The notes: generated by a model not told the origin, from the sequence alone. A stretch of 64,000 bases of DNA from an uncultured Candidatus Rokubacteria bacterium (GCA_963771355.1 CAVYTA010000005.1:1-64000), one strand, 5' to 3'; counted from the stretch's first letter, positions 42,508 to 53,550 are shown. A program made the numbers and translations.

Positions 42508-43881
42508 ATGGCCACCCGGCATCCCCGCCGACCGCGTCCCGACCTGACCGCGCAGGCCCGGCGGGCCGGCGTCCGTCTCGTGCGCTTCCTCTACACCGAC
42601 AACGGCGGCATCACGCGGGGGAAGGCCACGCACGTGGACGCGCTCGCGCATCGACTGACCGACGGCATCGGGCTGACGGTGGCCATGCAAGCGATGAACA
42701 TGCTGGATCAGCTCCAGCCCGTCGAGGGCCTCGGTCCCGTCGGCGAGATCCGGCTGATCCCTGATCCGCAGACGTTCACCGTGCTCCCGTACGCGCCGCA
42801 TACGGCGGCCATGACGAGTGACATGCTCACGCAGGAGGGGGCGCCCTGGGAGGCGTGCCCGCGTGCCTTCCTCAAGCGGCAGATCGCCGCCTGCGGCGCG
42901 GCAGGGTTCAGCGTGCGCGCCGCCTTCGAATGCGAGTTCACGCTGGCCGTGAAGCAGGCCGACGGCGGGTTCGCGCCGCTGGACGAGAGCCTCTGCTTCT
43001 CCACCGTCGGGATGACGACGGCGGCGCCCGTGATGGACGACGTCGTGGCCGCCCTCGAGGCGCAGCGCATTCCGGTCGAGCAGTACTACCCGGAGCTCGG
43101 CCACGGCCAGCAGGAGCTGACGATTGGCCACGCGCCGGCGCTCGAAGCCGCCGACCACCAGGTCTTCTATCGTGAGACGGTGCGGGCCGTCGCTCACCGC
43201 CACGGACTCTGGGCCTCGCTCGCGCCCAAGCCCTTCGTCGATCAGGCCGGCAACGGCGCGCACATCCACTTCAGCCTGTGGGACGCGGCGGGCCGCCGAT
43301 CCCGCATGTACGATCCGCGCGGCCGCTATGGCGTGAGCACGCTCGGCTATCACTTCATCGCGGGCGTCCTCGAGCACCTGTCGGCTCTGCTCGCGCTCAC
43401 GTGTCCGAGCGTGAACTCGTATCGTCGGCTCCAGCCGCACTTCTGGAGCTCCGCCTACAAGGCGTGGGGGCCCGACAATCGCGAGGCGGCGGTACGGGTG
43501 CCGTCGACGTTTCCCTCCGACCGCGCCGGCTCGACCAACGCCGAGCTCAAGGCGTCGGACTCGTCGTCGAATCCCTACCTCGCGCTGGGCGGAGTGCTCG
43601 CGGCCGGGCTTGACGGCGTCACGCGCGCGCTCGATCCGGGCGAGCCCGTGCTCGTCGACCCTGGCGCCCTATCCGAGACCGAGCGGCGCGAGCGCGGGAT
43701 CCAGCGGTACCCGACCACGCTGGACGCAGCGCTCGATCAGCTGGAGCGTGATCCGGTGCTCATGTCAGCCCTCGGCCCGACACTGGCCCGCGCGTACCTC
43801 GCCGTGAAGCGGTCGGAAGCGGCGGCATTCGGACGTGAGGACGCGGCGTTCGAGACGAAGCACCACTTCTGGAAGTTCTGA
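42508..43881 (+). CDS. Glutamine synthetase-like (GSI-like, gamma-glutamyl ligase) protein
   Basis: 'FECEF', 'ELGHGQQE', 'APKP...GNGAHIHFSL', 'NSYRRL', 'NREAAVR', 'NPYLA'. Confidence 0.92.
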   Translation: MATRHPRRPRPDLTAQARRAGVRLVRFLYTDNGGITRGKATHVDALAHRLTDGIGLTVAMQAMNMLDQLQPVEGLGPVGEIRLIPDPQTFTVLPYAPHTAAMTSDMLTQEGAPWEACPRAFLKRQIAACGAAGFSVRAAFECEFTLAVKQADGGFAPLDESLCFSTVGMTTAAPVMDDVVAALEAQRIPVEQYYPELGHGQQELTIGHAPALEAADHQVFYRETVRAVAHRHGLWASLAPKPFVDQAGNGAHIHFSLWDAAGRRSRMYDPRGRYGVSTLGYHFIAGVLEHLSALLALTCPSVNSYRRLQPHFWSSAYKAWGPDNREAAVRVPSTFPSDRAGSTNAELKASDSSSNPYLALGGVLAAGLDGVTRALDPGEPVLVDPGALSETERRERGIQRYPTTLDAALDQLERDPVLMSALGPTLARAYLAVKRSEAAAFGREDAAFETKHHFWKF

Positions 43882-43883
43882 AG

Positions 43884-45020
43884 GTGGACCTCGACGCCGT
43901 CCCGATACTGGATCAGCACTGCCACTCGCTGCTGCGTGACGGGACGGTCGCCGACGCCGTCGTCTACGCAGGATTCTTTTCCGAGAGCGGCGATCCGACG
44001 ATGCACGCGCACCACGTCCCCGAAACCGTCTTTTACCGATGGGCCATCCGAGAGCTCGCGGGGATCCTGGCCTGCGCGCCGACGACCGAGGCCGTGGTCG
44101 CCGCGCGCGGGGGCATGTCGACCGCCGCGCTGGCGCAGCGTCTGCTCGGGCAGGCGAACATCGCCGTGCTCCTGGTCGATCACGGCTACCAAACCGAAGA
44201 GACGTGGCCGCCGGCTGAGCTGGCGGCGCGTGTGCCGTGTCGTGTCTTGCCAATACTGCGCCTCGAGGCGCTCGCCCAGGAGCTGATCGTCCTCCATGAG
44301 ACCTTCGAAGCCCTGCTCGACGCGTACTCCGCGGTCGTCGAGCGGGCACAGGCGGATGGCTTCGTCGCCCTCAAGAGCATCGTCGCGTACCGCACGGGCC
44401 TCGCGGTGGCGCCGACGTCGCGCGCCGCCGCCGCCGCCGCGTTCGGCCCCGTGAAGGAGCGCGCGCGGCGCGACGGTCGAGTGCGTCTCGCCGCAAAGCC
44501 GCTCAACGACTACCTGCTCCTGCGTGCGCTCGAGATCGCGGCGCGACAGGCCCTGCCCGTGCAGATCCACACCGGCTTTGGCGATGCCGATCTCGACCTC
44601 CGCGAGGCGAACCCGCTGCATTTGCGTCCACTGCTCGAGAGCGGCCGGTATGCGAACGTGCCCTTCGTCCTCCTGCACGCGAGCTACCCCTACGTCCGCG
44701 AGCTCGGATACCTGGCGGCCATCTACGCCAACGTCTATGCCGACGTGGGGCTCGCCATCCCGCATCTCGCCGCCGAGATTCCAACGATGCTGCGCCAGGT
44801 TCTGAGCCTCGCACCCTCGACCAAGGTGTTGTACTCGAGCGACGCCTCGCAGATCCCCGAGCTGTTCTGGCTGGCTGCGCGCTGGGGGCGACGCGGGCTC
44901 GGGACGGTGCTGGACGAGCTGATCACCCTCGGCGCGCTGGACGGCGACGAGGCGCTTGCGATGGGGCGGCGGGTGCTCGGGGGAAACGCCGCCGGGATCT
45001 ACGGGCTGCCTTGGCCATAG
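43884..45020 (+). CDS. Amidohydrolase (FluG/NodGS N-terminal domain-like)
   Basis: 'LDQHCH', 'LKSIVAYRTGL', 'QIHTGFGD.DL', 'LLHASYPY', 'KVLYSSDA..IPE'. Confidence 0.88.
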   Translation: MDLDAVPILDQHCHSLLRDGTVADAVVYAGFFSESGDPTMHAHHVPETVFYRWAIRELAGILACAPTTEAVVAARGGMSTAALAQRLLGQANIAVLLVDHGYQTEETWPPAELAARVPCRVLPILRLEALAQELIVLHETFEALLDAYSAVVERAQADGFVALKSIVAYRTGLAVAPTSRAAAAAAFGPVKERARRDGRVRLAAKPLNDYLLLRALEIAARQALPVQIHTGFGDADLDLREANPLHLRPLLESGRYANVPFVLLHASYPYVRELGYLAAIYANVYADVGLAIPHLAAEIPTMLRQVLSLAPSTKVLYSSDASQIPELFWLAARWGRRGLGTVLDELITLGALDGDEALAMGRRVLGGNAAGIYGLPWP

Positions 45021-45171
45021 CCGACCAGACCACGCCCGACGAGGCGGGTGCGGAGGCGTGGCTCGCGTGGTCGGGGCTCGGACCGCGGTATGAGCGCATC
45101 ACCAACAGGTGGCTGGCGACATTTCTCCCGGCTAGTGGCCGAGCGGCATGATTTGCCGGTAGGCTGAAAGC

Positions 45172-46248
45172 ATGGGATCCCCCGACGGAGGCGACGCGCC
45201 CGTCCTGAGGGATCGAGCGTTCCTGCTCCTCGTCGTCGTCGTCTCCCTGGCCTTCGCGTGGATCCTCTGGCCGCTGTCGGGAGCGATTCTCTGGGGCACG
45301 ATCATCGCGATCGTGTTCGCGCCGCTGAACCGGCGGCTGGGACGGGCATTTTCCGGGCGCCGCGCGCTCGCCGCGCTGGTGACCCTGAACATCGTCATCG
45401 TCATCGTCATCTTGCCCGTGACGGTGGTGGGCGCGGCGCTGATCGGCGAGGTGGCGGGCGCGTACGAGAGGATCAAGTCCGGGGAGCTGAGTTTTGGCCT
45501 GTACTTCCAGCAGGTCGTCCAGGCCCTGCCCGCGTGGGCGGTGAGGCTGCTGGACCGCTTTGGGCTGACCAACCTCTCGGCGGTCCAGGAGCGCCTGTCC
45601 GGCGCGCTGATGCAGGGCAGCCAGTCCCTCGCCACGCAGGCCATCAGCATCGGGCAGAGCACCTTCGACTTCGTCGTGAGCCTGTTCGTCATGCTCTACC
45701 TCCTGTTCTTCCTGCTGCGCGACGGGGACGAGCTGACGCGCCGCATCCGCTCGGCGGTGCCGCTCAGGACCGATCACCAGCGCGCCCTGGCCGAGAACTT
45801 CACCCTCGTCATCCGGGCAACGGTCAAGGGCACCCTCGTGGTGGCGGTCGTGCAGGGCGCGCTCGGCGGCGTGCTGTTCTGGTTGCTGGGCATCCGCGGC
45901 GCGCTGCTGTGGGCCGTGGTCATGGCCGTGTTTTCGCTGCTTCCCGCGTTCGGCACGGCGATTGTGTGGGTGCCGGTGGCGATCTACTTCCTGGGCACCG
46001 GCGCCGTCGGGCAGGGGCTCCTCGTGATCGGCTACGGGGTGCTCGTCATCGGGCTCGTGGACAATGTCCTGCGCCCGGTGCTCGTCGGCAAGGACACCAA
46101 GATGCCGGACTACGTGGTGCTGGTCGCCACGCTGGGGGGACTCTCGGTCTTCGGGGTGAACGGGTTCGTCATCGGGCCGATCATTGCCGCGCTGTTCCTG
46201 GCCGCCTGGAGCATCGTCGCGGCATCGAGGCGACTGAGCGCCGGGTGA
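45172..46248 (+). CDS. AI-2E family transporter
   Basis: 'FFLLRDG', 'VDNVLRP', 'GFVIGP'. Confidence 0.92.
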   Translation: MGSPDGGDAPVLRDRAFLLLVVVVSLAFAWILWPLSGAILWGTIIAIVFAPLNRRLGRAFSGRRALAALVTLNIVIVIVILPVTVVGAALIGEVAGAYERIKSGELSFGLYFQQVVQALPAWAVRLLDRFGLTNLSAVQERLSGALMQGSQSLATQAISIGQSTFDFVVSLFVMLYLLFFLLRDGDELTRRIRSAVPLRTDHQRALAENFTLVIRATVKGTLVVAVVQGALGGVLFWLLGIRGALLWAVVMAVFSLLPAFGTAIVWVPVAIYFLGTGAVGQGLLVIGYGVLVIGLVDNVLRPVLVGKDTKMPDYVVLVATLGGLSVFGVNGFVIGPIIAALFLAAWSIVAASRRLSAG

Positions 46249-46282
46249 GTTCGCTTCGCGGTTCATTACGCTGTACGCACTC

Positions 46283-47407
46283 ATGTACGGCGCCTTCGGC
46301 GTGTCCTCGCCGTTCATGCCGGCCCTCTTCGAGCGGCGCGGGCTCACTCCCGAACAGCTCGGCATCTTGTTCGGCGCCGGGACAGCGATCCGGCTCATCT
46401 CTGGGCCGATGTGCGGCCGCCTCGCGGACTTCATGGGTAGTCTGCGGGGTATGTTCGCCGTGTGCGCCTCCCTGGCGGCGGCGGTGGCGCTGGGTCTCCT
46501 CGGGGCGACGACGTTTCCCGCGCTGCTCGCGATCAGCCTTCTCCACGCAGCGGCGCTGGCGCCGATCACCTCGCTGGGCGACGCGTTGGCGCTTAACGCG
46601 GGCGCCGGCTCCGGCTCCCCGGCGGGCACGCGATTCGAGTACGGCTGGGTGCGCGGGACGGGCTCCGGGGCCTTCATTCTCGGCACGCTCCTCAGCGGCC
46701 AGATCGTCGGCGGCTGGGGCCTCGACGCCATCCTGGTGCTGCACGCGGTGCAGCTGGTTCTCGCCGTCGTCGCCGTCTTGCTCCTCCCGGCACCTGCGCC
46801 GATGAGCCGCGTGGAGGAAGCGACCGAGCCGCCCGGGATACACGGTATGCTCGGGCTGTTGCGGATCGCCGCCTTTCGACGGGTGGTGCTTGTGTCCGCC
46901 CTCGTGCTGGGCAGCCACGCCCTGCACGACACCTTCGCCGTCATTCGCTGGAGTGGAGCGGGGATCAGCTCAGCCATGGTCAGTGTGCTCTGGTCGGAGT
47001 CGGTTGCCGCCGAGGTGGTGGTGTTCTTTCTCCTCGGGCCTTCGCTCGTGACCCGGCTCGGCGCTCACGGGGTCATGGCACTCGCCGCCACGGCCGGCCT
47101 TCTGCGCTGGGTCGTTGTGGCCTCGACCACGGCGGTGACGGCGCTGGCCATCGTGCAGCCGCTCCACGGCCTCACGTTCGCCGCGCTGCACCTGGCCTGC
47201 ATGCGCGTCATCTCGGCCACCGTTCCGTCCGGCCTGGCGGCGACCGCCCAGGCGATGTACGCGCTCGGCGCCGGAGCGGCGACCGCCCTGTTGACAGTAG
47301 CCTCGGGCGTCCTCTACGCACGCCTGGGCGCCGGAGCCTTCCTGGGGATGGCGCTGCTCTGCATCCTCGCGATGCCGCTGGCGCTTTTCCCTAGGCGGCG
47401 CGGATGA
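46283..47407 (+). CDS. MFS transporter (HcaT-like)
   Basis: 'EYGWVRGTGS.AF', 'LWSESVAAEV', 'QPLHGLTFA'. The N-terminus may extend slightly upstream. Confidence 0.85.
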   Translation: MYGAFGVSSPFMPALFERRGLTPEQLGILFGAGTAIRLISGPMCGRLADFMGSLRGMFAVCASLAAAVALGLLGATTFPALLAISLLHAAALAPITSLGDALALNAGAGSGSPAGTRFEYGWVRGTGSGAFILGTLLSGQIVGGWGLDAILVLHAVQLVLAVVAVLLLPAPAPMSRVEEATEPPGIHGMLGLLRIAAFRRVVLVSALVLGSHALHDTFAVIRWSGAGISSAMVSVLWSESVAAEVVVFFLLGPSLVTRLGAHGVMALAATAGLLRWVVVASTTAVTALAIVQPLHGLTFAALHLACMRVISATVPSGLAATAQAMYALGAGAATALLTVASGVLYARLGAGAFLGMALLCILAMPLALFPRRRG

Positions 47408-47543
47408 CGCGTCCGGCGCCCGAGACCGCGCCGGGCTCGGGCAGGCGCCCGTCGCGGATGATCGGGCGGCGTTGACGAACGACCACTGAATGCCGCGCGA
47501 GCGCGCGACGTAGCGCGGACCGCCGTCCGGCATGTCGTGGACG
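47391..47543 (-). repeat. Orphan 3' fragment of a D-aminoacylase gene, a diverged copy of 48776-48929
   Basis: About 150 bp closely matching; encodes 'VHDMPDGGPRYVARS.GIQWSFVN...RVIRAA*'. Confidence 0.85.
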
Positions 47544-47622
47544 TCGAGAGGGTGAGGGTCAAGCGCGCCCACCAGAGCCGATAGCACGGCATGATGCACC
47601 TTCGATTCGAGTCGTGTTCGCG

Positions 47623-48060
47623 TCAATCCAGGAACGGCAGCACCACGAGCGCGTCGGGCTCGACTCCGGCCTGTTCGCAGACCGCCTGGGCCTTCTGCAT
47701 GAACTCTTCGGCCTTCTCCTCGTCGCCCAGGCCCAGGTGGACGGTGGCGAGGCCATCGTAGCAGGGAGACAGCAGCGGCGGCTCGTCGGCCTCCTCGGCG
47801 AGCGCGAGCGCTTCCTGGTAGTGGGCGATCGCGCGGGTCGGCTCGCCGTGACACTGGTAGATCTGCCCGAGCACGATCAGCGGCACCGCGAGGTGATCGA
47901 GCTGTCCGAAGCGCCGGTCGAGATCGTTCGCGGCGTGTGCGGCGCCGACGCCCTGCTCGTCGCAGCGGTTCGTGAGCGCGCAGTAGGCCACCGCGAGATT
48001 CGCGTAGAGGCGCGACTGGAACCCGAGGTCGCCGATCTTCTTGGCCATCTCAAGGCCGGC
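47623..48060 (-). pseudogene. C-terminal TPR remnant of a large regulator/ATPase-type protein
   Basis: 'LYANLAVAYC...LGQIYQCHG...YQEALALAEE...LVVLPFLD*' with no convincing start; related copy at 54238-54452. Confidence 0.65.
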
Positions 48061-48218
48061 CGCGCATAACCTCGTGTCCCGGAATCGATACGCTCTTGAC
48101 ACGCGGATTGCGGTAAACTCCGAGGACGCTATTCGGGTGGGCAATGGGGCCCGCCCCGGGGCCATGCTGCCGGCAAGCAGGACGTGAGATGAAACATCAC
48201 TTGGCGAGGAGGACAGAA

Positions 48219-48620
48219 ATGGAGATGCGGACAGCGAGAACAATTCTTGGCTTTACGTTGATGGTTGTCGTGTTCGCCGTGGCGGACGTCTCGGCGCAAG
48301 TTGATGTCAAGAGCCTAGCCGGCAAGTGGCTCGGCTATGCGGCACCCACGAGCGGCTCAGAGACCACTCTCCAGGTCGAAGTCAAGCCCGACGGTACGTA
48401 TACGACCCGGTGGAAGGACACCTCGGGGAAGGGCGTCATTAAGAAGGAGGGTGACAAACTCATCGCCGAGGGCAGCCTCGTCAGTGGTGGCAGCACGGCG
48501 ATCGCCGGCGTCGGAAGGGCCGAGCTAACGGTCACCGAGAAAGACGGGAAGCCTCAGAAAATTTCCGGCATCGGACGCGATCAGCAAGGTCCTTACAATT
48601 TCACACTGACGAAGCAGTAA
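48219..48620 (+). CDS. Secreted hypothetical beta-rich protein
   Basis: RBS AGGAGG, signal peptide ending VSA-Q, 'SLAGKWLG'. Confidence 0.7.
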   Translation: MEMRTARTILGFTLMVVVFAVADVSAQVDVKSLAGKWLGYAAPTSGSETTLQVEVKPDGTYTTRWKDTSGKGVIKKEGDKLIAEGSLVSGGSTAIAGVGRAELTVTEKDGKPQKISGIGRDQQGPYNFTLTKQ

Positions 48621-48775
48621 GGGCAAGCGCCGATGCCAGGCGAGCCGCCAGCGGGCTGCGGCGGCCCCTGGTGTCGGCGCGTTTTTCCTCTCTCCCGGTG
48701 CTCGACGCCGACAAGGAAGCGAGTGTTCTCGCCAAGCTTTTTCTCGTCCTGCGCCCCCGCGCGGCTACCCAGGAT

Positions 48776-50464
48776 TCACGCGGCGCGGATGACGCGTCCG
48801 GCGCCCGCGACGGCGGCGGGCTCGGGCAAGTGCCCGTCGCGGATGATCGGGCGGCCGTTGACGAACGACCACTGAATGCCGGTCGAGCGCGCGACGTAGC
48901 GCGGCCCGCCGTCCGGCATGTCGTGGACGATCTCTTCCTCGTGGCAGGCGATGGTGCCGGGGTCGAAGACGGTGATGTCCGCGGCGAGCCCCGGGGCCAG
49001 GCGCCCGCGGTCCGGGATGCCGAAGATCTCCGCCGGAGCTCCCGTGATGAGGCGCACGGCGGCCTCGAGCGATAAGGCCTGGCGCTCGCGCACCCAGTGG
49101 CCGAGGAGCTGGCTCGTCTGGCCCGCCTCCGAGAACTGGGTGATGTGGGCCCCCGCGTCGGAGAGACCCAGCACCGCCGTCGGATGCAGGAAGATCTCCG
49201 CCACCGCGGCCGCGTCGGTATTCATGGTGGCCGACATGAACTCGGTGCGGAAATCGTCGGCCAGCGTCAGGTCGAGGAAGGCGTCGACGACATCCTTCCC
49301 GGTGTCGCGCGCCAGCTCGACCACGCTCTTGCCCGCGAAGCGCTGCAGCTCGGGCTTCATCACACGCTTGATCCGAAGGGGGACGATGTCGCCGTTGAAG
49401 AGCGCGGTGCGGCGGACGTTCTCGCGGAACTCGGCGCGGAAGCCAGGGTCGGCGAGGATGCCACGCCACTCCGACGGCTTGGCCTCGAGGACGCGGCGCC
49501 ACGCCTGGTAGCGTCCGAACACGAAGCCGTTCGTGATCGTGAAGGTCGAGGTCAGCGGCGAGCACGTCCCCTGCGGATGCAGCCGCAATCCCTCCCGCCA
49601 CGCCGCTTCGACCTTCTCGAGAATGCGGCGATGCTCCTCGGGGCGCACGGGATTGTGGCGCACGGAGACCATGGTGACAGGCCGCTGGGCGGCCCGCGCC
49701 AGCTCCGCGTAGCGGTCGACCTCGGCCACGCGGTCGGGCCGGCTTCCTCCGATCGTGAGCTCGACGATGCCACGTCCGGTCGATCCCATCGCGGCGGCCA
49801 GGTACTCGAGCTCGCGGTCGCTCCCGAGGCGGCTCGGCACCGGTCGCCCGCGGTCACCCACGTGGTTCAGGTTGGTCGTCGACGAGAAGCCGATGGCGCC
49901 GTCCGCCATCGCGCGCCGCACTTCCGCCCCCAGGCGCTCGAGCTCGTCGGGGGTGGCCTCGCGCGTCCACGCCGCGTCTCCCATGACGAACTGTCGCACC
50001 GCGGAGTGGCCGATGAGGGGCGCCACGTTGACCCACAGGGGCAGGCGGTCAAGGCTGTCGAGGTACTCGCGGAAGGTTTCGAACTCCCACCGGATGCCCT
50101 TCTGCATCGCCTCGAGCGACATGCCCTCCACGTACTCGAGCATCTTCATCAGGGTGAGCCGGTCGTCGGGGCGGCACGGCGCGAGCGTGAAGCCGCAGTT
50201 ACCGGTCACGATGGTCGTCACGCCGTGCCACGACGTGCACGAGGCACTGGGGTCCCACGTGAGCTGGGCGTCGTAGTGCGTGTGCGGGTCGATGAAGCCG
50301 GGCGCCACCACGAGGCCGTCCGCGTCGATCTCGCGCGCGCCCCGACCGGAGACGGTGCCGACCTCGGTGATGCGGCCACCGGCGATGGCGAGGTCGCCGG
50401 AGTACCCGGGCGCGCCGGTCCCGTCGACGATGTAGCCACCGCGGATCACGAGGTCGTGCGCCAT
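48776..50464 (-). CDS. N-acyl-D-amino-acid deacylase family amidohydrolase
   Basis: 'APGFIDPHTHYDAQ', 'GVTTIVTGNCG', 'SDAGAH', 'DRGRLAPG'. Confidence 0.92.
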   Translation of the reverse strand: MAHDLVIRGGYIVDGTGAPGYSGDLAIAGGRITEVGTVSGRGAREIDADGLVVAPGFIDPHTHYDAQLTWDPSASCTSWHGVTTIVTGNCGFTLAPCRPDDRLTLMKMLEYVEGMSLEAMQKGIRWEFETFREYLDSLDRLPLWVNVAPLIGHSAVRQFVMGDAAWTREATPDELERLGAEVRRAMADGAIGFSSTTNLNHVGDRGRPVPSRLGSDRELEYLAAAMGSTGRGIVELTIGGSRPDRVAEVDRYAELARAAQRPVTMVSVRHNPVRPEEHRRILEKVEAAWREGLRLHPQGTCSPLTSTFTITNGFVFGRYQAWRRVLEAKPSEWRGILADPGFRAEFRENVRRTALFNGDIVPLRIKRVMKPELQRFAGKSVVELARDTGKDVVDAFLDLTLADDFRTEFMSATMNTDAAAVAEIFLHPTAVLGLSDAGAHITQFSEAGQTSQLLGHWVRERQALSLEAAVRLITGAPAEIFGIPDRGRLAPGLAADITVFDPGTIACHEEEIVHDMPDGGPRYVARSTGIQWSFVNGRPIIRDGHLPEPAAVAGAGRVIRAA

Positions 50465-50672
50465 GAGCCATCCTCCTGGGAGTGTTCGCGGGCTCGAATC
50501 ACCGGGTCCAGAGGTCCCAACTATCCCACCGGAGCTCATGCCGGATCAAGCCGGAGGCGCGTTGGCCAAGCGTATCCTTGCTGTCTGACAACCGTTGACA
50601 GGCTCTCGCCGCGCGTGCTATTCGGCGGGCACAGGTGACCGGTCCCGTCCGATCGACGAGAGGAGAATCGCG

Positions 50673-51144
50673 ATGACCGCGGTCACCGTCAACGGCGAGC
50701 GCTTCGAACGTCGACCTGCCCGACGACACGCCGCTGCTGTGGGCGCTGCGCGACGAGCTCGGGCTGACCGGCACCAAGTTCGGCTGCGGCATGGCGCTCT
50801 GCGGCGCCTGCACCGTGCACGTCGACGGGCAGCCGGTGCGCGCCTGCATGACGCCGGTCGCGCGCGGTCGGCCAGCAAGAAGATCACGACCATCGAGGCG
50901 ATCGGCGCGCGACACGGTCGGCCAGGCCGCTGCAGGCGGCGTGGGTCGATGTCGGGCGTGCCCCAGTGCGGCTACTGCCAGGGCGGCCAGATCATGTCGG
51001 CCGCCGCGCTCCTCAAGCGAACGCCGAAGCCGACCGACGCCGAGATCGACGAGGCGATGAGCGGCAACATCTGCCGCTGCGGCACCTACGTGCGGATGCG
51101 GGCCGCGATCAAGCAGGTCGCGGCCACAGGGAGGCGCGCGATGA
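50673..51144 (+). CDS. iorA: 2Fe-2S subunit of isoquinoline 1-oxidoreductase/aldehyde oxidoreductase (frameshifted)
   Basis: '[30 protein letters not shown]', '[11 protein letters not shown]', 'NICRCGTY' across frames. Confidence 0.85.
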
Positions 51145-53483
51145 GCGCGCCGCGGCTCGGACGTCGCGACCGGCCAGTCCCTCGATCGCCAACGTGAGCC
51201 GGCGCGCGGTTCCTCCAGGGGATGTCGGCGCTCGGCGCGCTTCGTGCTCGCCGCCGGCTTGCCGTCACGGCCGCGGCGCCGCCGATCCGCCGAAGTACGG
51301 CGCGCGACGGCATGCCGAACGGCTGGGTCGACGACCCGCTGGTGTTCGTGGCCATCGCCGATGACGGCACGGTCTCGATCGTCTGCCATCGCTCGGAGAT
51401 GGGGCAGGGCGTGCGGACCGGCATGCCGATGATCGTCGCCGACGAGCTCGAGGCCGACTGGAAGCGCGTGCGCGTCGTGCAGGCGCCCGGCGACGAGAAG
51501 CGCTTCGGCAACCAGGACACGGACGGGTCGCGCAGCACCCGGCATTTCTTCGAGCCGATGCGCCGCTGCGGCGCGGCGGCCCGGACCATGCTCGAGTCGG
51601 CCGCCGCCGCGCGGTGGAAGCGTGCCGGTGGGCGAAGTGGAGGCGAAGAACCACGAGGTCGTGCACGCGAAGATCGGGCCGGCGGCCGGCTACGGCTCGC
51701 TGGCCAAGGCCGCCGCCGGCCCAGCCCGTACCGGCGCGGGACGACGGTGCGCCTCAAGGACCCGTCGAAGTTCCGCTACATCGGCAAGGGCAACCTGAAG
51801 CTGGTCGACGGGCGCGACATCGTGACCGGCAAGGCCCAGTACGGCATCGACACGCGGCTGCGCCGGCATGCTCTACGCAGTCGTGGCGCGGCCGCCCGGT
51901 CGTACGGCGGCAAGGTCGCGAGCTTCGACGCGACCGAGGCCGCTCAAGGTGCCCGGCGTGGTGAAGGTCGTGGAGATCGAAGCGAGCCCCGCGCCCGCCG
52001 TACTTCAACCCGCTCGGCGGCATCGCGTGGTCGGGCGACAACACCTGGGCGGCGATCCAGGGCCGCAAGGCGCTCAAGGTCGACGTGGGACGACGGCCCG
52101 AACGCCAGCTACGATTCGGCGGCCTTCAAGGCGACGCTGGAGGAGGCCGCGCCGCAAGCCGGGCAAGGTCGTGCGCAACGACGGCAACGTCGACGCGGCC
52201 ATGGCCGCGGCCGCCAAGCGCGTCGAGGCCGAGTACTACGTCCCGCACCTCGCGCACGCCACCATGGAGCCGCCCGCCGCGACCGCGCGCATCACCGAGC
52301 GGCAAGTGCGAGGTGTGGGGCTCCTTCCAGTCCCCGCAGGCGACGCGCGATCTGCGTGGCCAAGCGCCTCGGCATGTCCGCCGCCGACGTCACCGTGCAC
52401 GTCACGCTGCTCGGCGGCGGCTTCGGGCGGAAGTCGAAGCCCGACTTCGCGCGTCGAGGCCGCGGTGGTGTCCAAGGCGATGGACGGCAAGCCGGTCAAG
52501 GTGACGTGGACGCGCGAGGACGACCTGATGCAACGCCTACTTCCACACGGTGTCCGTCGAGCATCTGGAAGCGGGCGTCGACGCGCAGGGCAAGCCGGTG
52601 GCGTGGCTACACCGGAGCGTGGCGCCGACGCATCGTCTCGACGTTCGACGCGGGCGCCAAGAACGAGGCGCCGCTCGAGCTCGGCATGGGCGTCATCAAC
52701 GTGCCCTTCGCGATCCCGAACGTCCGCATCGAGAACCCGGAGGCCGTCGCGCACACGCGCATCGGCTGGTTCCGCTCGGTCTCCAACATCCCGCACGCGT
52801 TCGCGGTGCAGTCGTTCGTGGCCGAGCTGGCCGCGGCGGCCGGCCGCGATCCGAAGGACTATCTGCTGGAGGTCATCGGCCCGGCGCGCAAGATCAGTCC
52901 CGAGGACGCTGCGGCGACACCTGGAACCACGGCGAGTCGCCGGAGCGCTACCCGGTCGACACGGGCCGCCTGCGACGCGTGGTCGAGACGGTGGCGCGCG
53001 AGGCCGGCTGGGGCCGGACGATGCCGAAGGGCCGGGGGCTCGGCATCGCCGGCCCACTACAGCTTCGTGAGCTACGTCGCGGCGGTGGTCGAGGTGGCGG
53101 TGGACAGCAAGCGGCGCGCTGACGATCCCCCGCGTGGACATCGCGGTGGACTGCGGCGCGACGGTCAACCCCGAGCGGGTGCGCGCCCAGATGGAGGGCG
53201 CGGCGTCATGGGGGTCGGCGTCGCGACGCTCGAGCGAGATGACGTTTCAAGAACGGCCGCGCCGAGCAGGACAACTTCCACACCTACGAGCTCACGCGGA
53301 TGGCGAGGCGCCGCGCGACGATCCGGGTCCACATCGTTCCCGGCGGGGACTACGGCAAGCCGATGGGCGGTGTGGGCGAGCCCGGGCGTGCCGCCGGTGC
53401 CGCCGGCCCTCTGCAACGCGATCTTCGCGGCCACCGGCAAGCGGATCCGGCGGCTGCCGATCCGGGACCAGCTCAAGGCCTGA
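51141..53483 (+). CDS. iorB: Molybdopterin-binding subunit of isoquinoline 1-oxidoreductase-like enzyme (many indels)
   Basis: 'RSEMGQG', 'LLGGGFGRK', 'WFRSV', 'GGVGEP', '[15 protein letters not shown]'. Confidence 0.85.
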
Positions 53484-53500
53484 GCACACTCAGTACGCGA

Positions 53501-53535
53501 GAGGCCGGGCGCGATCAGTCTGCGCGCCCGGCCTC
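53501..53535. terminator. 13-bp GC-rich hairpin between convergent genes
   Basis: GAGGCCGGGCGCG / CGCGCCCGGCCTC with a 9-nt loop; no clear U tract. Confidence 0.55.
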
Positions 53536-53550
53536 CCGTGATCCTGACGG

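Noticed and set aside
48096..48119. TTGACA...TAAACT as a sigma70 promoter
   Set aside because: The spacer is only 12 bp.
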